Shown here: positions 55,113 through 64,000 of the stretch, piece by piece
Layout of the letters: each line of letters opens with the position of its first letter
How positions within the stretch are numbered: the first letter of the stretch is position 1
Assembly: GCA_009914755.4 (NCBI GenBank)
Contig: CP086569.2
Location: 16,800,001-16,864,000, forward strand
DNA from: the human T2T-CHM13v2.0 reference genome, Homo sapiens
DNA: 64,000 nucleotides
Reading direction: 5' to 3'
Translations under genes and position numbers: made by a program
The notes under the pieces: generated by a model
What the model saw: only the letters and a program-made list of their open reading frames with translations
Databases searched by the model: none
What the model was told of the DNA's origin: nothing

Positions 55113-56699
55113 CAGCCATGGGGAACTATTAAGTTTTTGTGTGGGGAAATGACATGATCCGATTTTTGTTTCAGAAAATTCTCTCTGACTCTTTAGAAAA
55201 AACTCTGACTGCAGAGACTAGAACACATTATAGCTGATGTGTCCTAGAGCCAGAAAGGCCAAAAAGGAGGAAGTGTTTGCTGTAAAGAGGAAAATTTTTT
55301 AAAAATTCTACATCCTAATTCTGAAAAATGAGGACATATGTTTTTAGTTAAATCCCTCTGATGTCCTAGGAGCCTTAAAAAGTTCAAGGAACATCTAGGA
55401 TGGCTATGGGCTCCTAGGAAATGTTCTTTCTCGATGATCTTTATATATGGAAATACATGTTTCCTTCTGCAAGTTCATGAGGGAGGCTCTATGCCAGTCT
55501 AGGGCATGTCTACGTGACTCCCAGAAGCAAGTGGTAGAACGACCCTCATTTTGAGTTCTGAAATTCCTGCTCTTGCAATCAGTGCTCGACTCAGAGGCCA
55601 GGGTATTTCTCTAAAAATATAAACCATAGCATGCTCTCTGCTGCTAAGCCTATTGATGTTTGACCAGGTCCTTGCCCACTCACTGCCTGGACAAAGGTGA
55701 ACGTTGAGACAGAGGTAAAGTAAGAATTCAATTACTGCAGGCAACTGAGCAAGGAAGAAAGGAGATATTTCTCAAAGCCACCTCCTTGAAACTTCAGAGG
55801 CTGGGGTTTTTAAGTTGATTTGGCAAGCAGAGGTATGAGGAGGAGGGTGCTGCTGATTGGTCTGAGATGAATTCAGAGGGGTGTTGACTGTCTTTATGCA
55901 CTGAATCAATTCCTGGGAAGAGAGGAAGTCACAACACTAGTCAGTTCCTTGGTTGGGTTTACAGGCCACTGGTCTGGTTGATGTCAGTTGACCAATTTGC
56001 AAGACAGGTCTAAAAATATCTCAAAGGCCAGTTTTAGGTTTACAATACCTCTTGTTACTGCAAGTTACTGTGGAAGGCAAGCTGGGAAACAGTGACAGGT
56101 TATCGTTCACTCTGCCTGGAATATAGCAGAAAAGTTTTCAGGGGTGATAGTTCCAGTAATCAAAGCTGCCTGAGACCCCTTTGGCAAGCTAAAATTCTGG
56201 AAGCTATTAAATAGTTCTGCAAGATCTAAGAATCATTGTTCTTTAAAACAAAACAAAAAAAAATGTCCATTAATCTTGCAAGCAGCCTGCCCAGGGGCTA
56301 GGACAGCAAGACAATCAATTATTGGTGACTACCATTTATTAAATTACTATGAACAATCAATCATACATGGAGGAGGAAAATATCAGAGAGAAAGGAAAAT
56401 ATGTTGCTGAAAATCATGCACCTACCATAATTTTAATTTTGTGGTCTTTTAATTCCGTGAAGGCAGTTTCAGACCTCTCCAACAATGTGCAGCTATTTGT
56501 AAAATACAATGGAAACACTTAGCCCTGGTTTATGTAACTCTATTTTTTGACCTGATTGTCTTATCCTTTACACTGTCTTTGTCCACTATAAAAGCTGACT
56601 TCAGAAACTTCATGGAAATGTTTTGTTATGAAAAAATTATGCATGGATTTACATTTTTGTTGTTTTTTTCACAAAGATAAACTCTTACTAGCTTGTAAT

Positions 56700-57950
56700 A
56701 ACATGTGTGAACAGAGTCAAGTTTGAGGCTTTAAGAAAGACAAGACATCAGTTTGAAAAGAGCCCCTATCAGAACAATATGCATTCCACTACAATTAAAG
56801 AAAGAACAAACATCAAATTTATGGTGAGGTTTGGGTGGAAGAAGGGTGAAATCATGGATGTTTTATGAAAGATTTATCAGGAAAATGCAGCAAAGAAACC
56901 AGCAGTTTACAAATGGACAACTCATTTTAAGAAGGGATAAGATAATGTTGAAGATAAAGCTTGCAGTGTAAGATCATCCACATAAATTTGAAAGGAAACA
57001 TTAATCTTGAATGTGCCCTAATTAAAAAGGACCCGATGATTAAAAACAGAAACAATAGCCAACACCATAGACATCTCAACTGACTCAGCTTACACAATTC
57101 TAACTGAAAAATTAAAGTTGAGCAAACTTTCCAGAAGATGGGTGCCAAAATTGTTGCATATGGATCAGCTGAAGACAAGAGCAGAGCTTTCCATGGAAAT
57201 TTTAAACATGTGACATTAAGTTTCTGAAGCATTTGTCTGAAGAATCATTACAGGAGAGAAAACATAGCTTTACTAGTACCATCCTGAAGGCAAAACACAA
57301 TCAGAGCAATGGCTATGAAGAGATGGAAAGGGTTCCATCAACGCAAAAATGGATGAGACAAGAACAAAGATCGTGGCAACAGTTTTTTTGAATGATCAAG
57401 GCATTTTACTTGTAGACATTTTGGAAGGACAAAGGACAATAACATCTGCTTATTATGGAAGTATTTGAGAAAATTAGCCAAAGATTTAGCAGAAAGATGC
57501 CCAAGAAAACTTCACCAGAGAGCCCTCCTCCACCACTGCAATGCTTCTATACAGAGCTCAGTCCTGCAGACCCTGACTCAGTGATGAATGAATAATGTAC
57601 ACCCATACAGATATTATGCCTGTCAGTCTGGCTGAGGGTCCAGGCTACTTACAGACTGCAAGGCGTGTGCTGTCAGCCATAGACCCCGACTTGCTGGCCT
57701 TCTGACATTTATTCAGTACACATTAAATGATGAAAGTCTCCAGTAAATACCATTAGAGGGTAATCATCCTGACCACCTTACTCACCCCTCGCTCCAAGAT
57801 TGCTATCCTGCCCACAAGTGATCAAAGGTTAGTTTTAGAACCACATGAGTAACAAGCTATTTAGATAAACTACTCTATATTCCTATGTTTATTCCCCTTG
57901 CTGTAGCTCAAAGAGGATTAGGCTGCCCTCAGCCATAACTATCGTGAAGC
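56700..57950 (+). mobile_element. Mariner-family DNA transposon fossil (Hsmar2-like), sense, with a recognisable but heavily disrupted transposase reading frame. Boundaries are approximate.
   Basis: Conceptual translation on the plus strand gives mariner-transposase-like segments: ...ERTNIKFMVRFGWKKGEIMDVL.KIYQENAAKKPAVYKWTTHFKKG.DNVEDKA.SVRSST... (about 56775-57000), ...KLSKLSRRWVPKLLHMDQLKTRAELSMEILN... (about 57115-57215), ...QRAILLHHCNASIQSSVLQTL... (about 57520-57580, which resembles the conserved LLHDNARPH / HHDNAPAH motif), and ...ILPTSD... (about 57800, compare YSPDLAPSD). The matches are separated by frameshifts and stops. Confidence 0.55.
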
Positions 57951-58905
57951 TTTTGCAAAACCTTTTGGCCTTCTAAGAAGGTTTGTGTTTTAATTTATAG
58001 TTTTCCCCATCATTCTGACTGAACCCCTACACTTCTACTCATTCCTCTCATGAAACGAGGGAAATTCTGTAAGAGTTTCAATGAGAAATAATTAGGCATC
58101 CATCTTACCATCTGATCTGGTTCCTTTTGACTTCTATTTTGTCAAAGGACACCGATTTTTCTTCAGTTAATTATGTAAAAAATATGACATTGACATGGGC
58201 AAATTCCAAGGGTCTCAGTTCCTTAGGGATGAACTAAAATGGCTGATATTATCACTTACAGAACTTGAACTTGATGGAGATTAAGTTGAGAAATAAAGTG
58301 TAATTTTTTAACTTTTATATTTTAATTCCATTTTTCCATGAACTTTTTGAAGTCCCCTGATATGTAACTGCAGAGGAATTCTTTATATGTATTCAACAAA
58401 TAAGCCACTTCCCACTGACAGGCCTTTACCCTGGCTGTACCTTTCACCTGGAGAGAGAACTGTCTTACCCAATTCCAGCCCTGACTTCACAAAGGATCAC
58501 ACTTGGACATGGGATATTTCTCAGGGTCTGTCTCTTCTGGTTTTCTTCTAGCCAAGTCTTAAATCTCTCCACTACATAGCATCCAGAACTATTTTTCTTT
58601 TCTATGCTTTATTTAGAAGAGTGTTCATTGTTTATTTTTTCCATTGCTACTTTCAAATCTGCCTGTGTGAGTAAACAGTGGCAAAGAAGATATCCTCTTT
58701 CCCACAGATTGTGCAACTAAGAAAGGACATCTTCATAACTACAAAATAAGTGAATGAAGGACAAGCTAGACAATTTCTCACCAGCTTCTCCATGTGGTCT
58801 TCCAAAAGAAATTATTGATAAAGTCCTGCTAACTTCCTACTTCTACTTTTTAACTCCATTTCCAAATGTAGTTTGTGATATGACTTGGGAGGCCTTGTGA
58901 TGTAA

Positions 58906-59250
<345 letters not shown>

Positions 59251-62070
59251 TTAGTGGCTGTTTTGAATACATAGATCCATAAGAGTGTTTTAGCATGAAC
59301 TCTGCAAAAGCAATATGCCATTGTCTCTCCCATTTACCTGTAAGTAAAAAAGGACAGTTCCATGTTCTTTGTGTCACTCAAAAATAGCATCTCTGGTATT
59401 GTGTGTGTTTTTTGGGAGTCTATAGATCATGATAAACAGCAGAGATGGAAAATCAACATTTGATTCCCACTTTCCCTTCCAATGGCAGCACTGTTTAGCC
59501 TGTATTCACAGAATATCTGCCTGTGAATCCTGACTGTTCTATCTCTCCCATGAGGTACACCATACAGTCTAGTCATTTCTGTCATTTGTCCTTGTAATGT
59601 GTTGAATAATCTCTCCATTCAGACAAGTCCACCCAGAACCTGTAGATGGGAACTTATATGGAAAAGGGGTCGTTACAGATGAAATTCAGTTGAAGATTTT
59701 GTGATTAGGGTGAGTCTTCAATGCCATGACTTTATAAAAGAAGAGAAGATACACAGAGGAGAAGACCACATGGAAATGGAGATACCAGCTGGAGTGATGA
59801 TGCCACAAGCAAAGGACAACTGGAATCAACAGGAGCGGAATAGGGAAAATAGATCCTTTCCCTAGAGCCTCTGGAGGGAACTTGACCCTATCTACTCCTT
59901 GATCTCAGACTTCTTGTCTCCAGAAGTGAGAGAATATTTATCTGTTGTTTATGTTACACAGCCTTTGGTAAATAGTAATGGAATCTTTAGGAAATGAATA
60001 CTGATCTGTGGTATAATTATAAATTTTACTCCATATCTCACCTCTTTTATGAACACTTACATTTGACTTTTAGTTCCAATTACTGAATAAAAGACTTGGT
60101 AATCAAGGTAGTCAAATAGAGGATGGAAATTCAGATACTGTCCTGCAAGTGAGGGAGATTTTGTTTAGAGGAGTGAGCCACTTGAAATTCCACTCCTTAG
60201 GTGAGATAATGAGTCCCCCAGAGAGCTCTCCCAGACCCCTGGGTTAATAAGCACATGTTAAAGGTGAACTATAGGTATTCCTCCTCTAACATGGGCCTTC
60301 CATGAATGAGTAGACTGTATAAGTGCCTCCGATATTGGTGGGTAGGTAGATGTTCCTAGTTCATTTTCAAACAGATAAATAAGTTTTTAAAATTAATTTT
60401 AGTAAAGGGAGAAATAACCTCTAATGGTAAATTCTAAGAGACTTATGTCTGTAATGGGTACGTCAGAAGATGCCTACATTAATTTTGTTAAATTGATGAC
60501 CTTCCAAGCCAGAGTTAAAGTATCCTAAAATGCCGAGATGAAGATAATTAAACTATGAAGTTTTGAGGAGGTATATATAACGTTCTATTTCCTAATAAGT
60601 AGGAATTAGAAGACCAAAATAAAGAATCATTTGATTTTGCATTTTTTTAGTGAAGTTATGAGAAATTAGTGTAAGAGAAGAAGTTCTCAAAGCAGTGCCC
60701 ACATTATCAAAATCAGTCTCACCTGAAACCTAGTTAGAAAAGCATATTCTCAAGTCCCACCCCAAGCAGACTTGCTAAATCAAACACTCTGGATTAGGAC
60801 CCAGAAACTTGCACTTAAACAAACTCTACTAGAGATGCAGATGCACAGCCTCTGCTAGAATAAGGCTAACATGAAACCATTTACTTTTCCAGCTCTGTGA
60901 GTAGTTTCACAGAGAATGTGACAACTATATAAAAAGATTATAATTTTTACTTTTTGGAGAGTTGAATCAGTAACCTTCAAATAGTTTCTTAAAGAGACAG
61001 ACTATTGGGAAATCTGCATTTTATTATTAAATCTTAGTGATAACAAGTTGTCAGTGAGTAAATTTAATGTGGCCAAAACCTGGCTGGGGAAAATGGCTGC
61101 AGGAGAGCCCATTGCTAATCATGTCCCCAGGGAAAACCTGGAATCAGTGCTGAGTTTTGCCAACCTGAAGGAGTTGATAGTAGCCTTGTCCCTAAATTGG
61201 CTGCACAGTCTGCTTTAGAGGAGAAATTAACATGTTCCAAAAGGATGACTTCAATTTTCATTTGGAGCCACACCCTGGGAGATGCAAAGCCATGTGTCTC
61301 TGTTGAATATACAGGTGACCTGGAGAAGGAGTGTGGGTGAACTCCAGAGAAACAGTGAAAATTTTACTCTCCCTTCTCTCTTGATTTCCAGAAAAGAATG
61401 AGACCACTATGCTCCATGTCCCCAATTTCCAAAGCTTATTTAGATTTCAAAAATGATTTGAAGACCCAGCCATGTGTGTTGCAAGAAGCCTATTGACTTT
61501 ACTACTGGTGACAGTCCTGGCCCTAGTGAAAAAGGAAGCAACACAAAATTAAGTTATCCCCTCAATAATGACAGAATTGCAATCAGAGAATGAAATTTGT
61601 TTTCTCATCTGATTATACCCAAAAGGCTACATTCAGATGAGCCATCTCTCCATTTTGCAGAAGAGAAAATCTTATAAAATGTTTATGTGAGGGTGTTGAG
61701 GGAGTTCTTTGACACAGGAGAGTCATTGGATAGCAGGAAAGCAGATGTGAAAGTTAGACTTCTGAGTAAAGTGAGAATGAAGATAAGATAGACTTGAAAC
61801 AGGATATTTCGAGAAAATTGAAATGCAAAAGTGAATCCTTTCCTTTGACTTATTTATAATAGAAAACAAAATAAAGAGAATCTTAGAAATCTTGAATATT
61901 CACATTTAGTTTAAGTAAATAATAAAATATTTTCCAGAAACTTGTAAATAACATAGAAACATAACATAGCATTTTCTCTCTGTCTTTCTCTCTCTGTATC
62001 CCTGTCTCTCTGTTTCTCTCTGTATTTCTATCTCTCTTTCTCTAACACACACCTGTCCATTTAATATAGG

Positions 62071-62071
62071 T

Positions 62072-62133
<62 letters not shown>

Positions 62134-62153
62134 GAAGGAAGGAAGAAAGAAAG
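62071..62153. repeat. (GAAA)n tetranucleotide microsatellite, about 17 units, ending in a (GGAA)3 variant. It is preceded by a CT-rich (TCTC/TGTC) block at 61975-62045.
   Basis: agaaagaaagaaagaaag...aaggaaggaaggaagaaagaaagg. Confidence 0.9.
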
Positions 62154-63547
62154 GTTGAGTGGGGTATTTACAATGTGGTACATTTGATTTTGACTGTTTT
62201 TGACATTCTTATTCTGAAAAATGATATAACTTTGAAATTAATTATGTTTACACACCCATACATACTCTTCACATAGGCAATTGGTGTGAAAATGTGTCCA
62301 GTGAGTCTAAAAATAATAAAACTGTGTAATGTGAAATGTGGAGGAGCATTGTAGAATGCATATTAAAACAAAATAACCATAAAGATAGATTCTAGCACAG
62401 AATGCCTGGATTCCAATCCTTTGATAGGATTTCAAAGTGAAATGAGATAAAATGACTGGAGAGAGAGAATGATGATAACTTTAGACACTAAGGCAATTCC
62501 CAGGATGTGTTCAGTGTGACACATTGCACATGGACCTTAAGCAAATGCACAATGGTCAGTTGGGCTCAGGGGATTTCTAGGGTGGACTAGCCCTAGCTTG
62601 GGTTTAGAAGAAGCTTGACAGAGCCTCTCTCCTAGCCATACATCTATCAATCTGGGAACAGCAAAAATGCACTCAGTGGGATTTAGGACTTTTCCCCAAA
62701 GCATTAGAGACACAGAGCTCTATCGGTCATCTCTGAATTCTCTGAGTTCCCATGTCTTGTCTTAAGATTCTTGTTGGTTTGGCTTCTTTTTTCTTGCTTT
62801 GTCCAATAATTCCACCAGCTTCTTACGTTCTTGGTTAATGAAGTAACCCATGACTATCTCAGCACTCAAGTTTGTCCCTATTGATTGATACCTGTAACTT
62901 CTAGCTATCTGATTTTTCCACAAATCCCCCAATACACATCTACACCAGTTTTTGAATCTACTTTTTTTTTTTTCTCCAAGGTTACCAATGACCTCAGGAA
63001 ATGCAGTCAGATCCAATTATCTCCTCTTAGTCCACCACTGGCATTACAGTATTTGACTCTATTCACCCGCATCTCAGTTTCAAGGCGTAGCTCTGTGGCT
63101 TTAAATCTGTTCGCCTTCTTCATTGACTTCAGTTTATCCAACAATTTTTATAAGTCAGCATTTCCCAAAGCTGTGCTTGAATTCAGCCTGTGCCTCTAAA
63201 CTCTGCTTTCTGTGGGTTCCCAATCATCCCTATAGCTTCTACCATGAGTTCTTTGCTGCTAAGTCCCTAATATGTGTTTCTTTGCTCTCATTTCTAAAAG
63301 CCAAACACTTACACCTGTAACTCAGCACTTCTAAAATTAAATTCGTGACTGCCTTCTCTATTTTTGCAGTCTGGATTGATTATCAGTGTTCTCTAGTTTA
63401 ATAATAAACCCATGGAATACCGCGGAGCCATAAAACAATAATTTTATTAGGTAAATATATATTAATCATATTTTTATTTTAAAATACATGCTGAGTTAGC
63501 ACATTGCATTTATTTTCAGGAATGTCTGTAAAACACTTTTAAATTCT

Positions 63548-63630
63548 TTCTTTCTTTTTGGAGATGGAGTTTTGCTGTTGCCCAGCGTGTAGTGCAGTAG
63601 TGGGAATCTCAGCTCACTGAAATCTCTGTT
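63548..63630 (-). mobile_element. Short Alu 3'-end fragment, antisense
   Basis: ctttctttttggagatggagttttgctgttgcccagcgtgtagtgcagtagtgggaatctcagctcactgaaatctc resembles the reverse complement of the Alu 3' terminus and decays quickly. Confidence 0.5.
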
Positions 63631-64000
63631 TGTTGGGAGACAATCAATGAGACCAGTGTCCAGTGTGTATCAGGAATGGTGGCATGCTTTCTATTACTGG
63701 TCTCCTCATTTGTGTGCATTCACCCCTCACACTTTCCTTATTCTAAAAAGTCTTTTATAAATCTTGAAGTTCTTCACCTTTTGCAGCCCAGGGCCATTTC
63801 TCCAGGTTTGCAGCACAAGTGATGCAGCAGACCATCAAGGGAGACATCCAGTAATGCGTGAGTACGTCTTCTGCCCTGAATTCTACTCTGCTACCACTTG
63901 GGTGAATTAAGTTGCCTACAATGATGGTACCCCTAGATCTAGTGACTCAGCCAACTCAAGCACAGGAGTATGATTACATTCACCTGGGATAGTGATTCTG

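Noticed and set aside
54828-55152. Overlapping ORFs rich in Tyr/Ile/His/Cys on both strands
   Set aside because: They are translations of the (TA)n/(CA)n/(TATATGTACA)n compound simple repeat.

Overview
This window is eukaryotic, not prokaryotic. It is almost certainly human or great-ape nuclear DNA from an AT-rich, gene-poor intergenic or deep-intronic region. The evidence is the repeat content: more than a dozen Alu SINEs, which are primate-specific; several L1 LINE copies, including a roughly 5 kb L1PA-type element that retains its 5'UTR and has ORF1/ORF2 remnants; five THE1/MST-type MaLR solo LTRs; a mariner (Hsmar-type) DNA-transposon fossil; a MADE1 MITE; and many micro- and minisatellites. 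Every ORF in the six-frame track that I could interpret lies inside a transposable element or a simple repeat. The longest two, 336 aa and 229 aa, are L1 ORF2 fragments. I see no CpG island, no convincing exon, no tRNA or rRNA gene, and nothing resembling a prokaryotic operon, CRISPR array or defence system, so the 'novel biological system' expectation is not supported by this sequence. At least 35-40% of the window is recognisable interspersed or simple repeat. What remains noteworthy is the repeat architecture: nested and TSD-flanked insertions, an approximately 410-bp imperfect CAT/CAC-type trinucleotide tract, and a few unassigned segments. Coordinates were placed by eye from the printed sequence and are approximate to within about 5-20 bp. 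Family assignments (L1PA versus L1PB/L1MA, AluY versus AluS/J, THE1 versus MST) come from memory of the consensus sequences and should be confirmed with RepeatMasker/Dfam.
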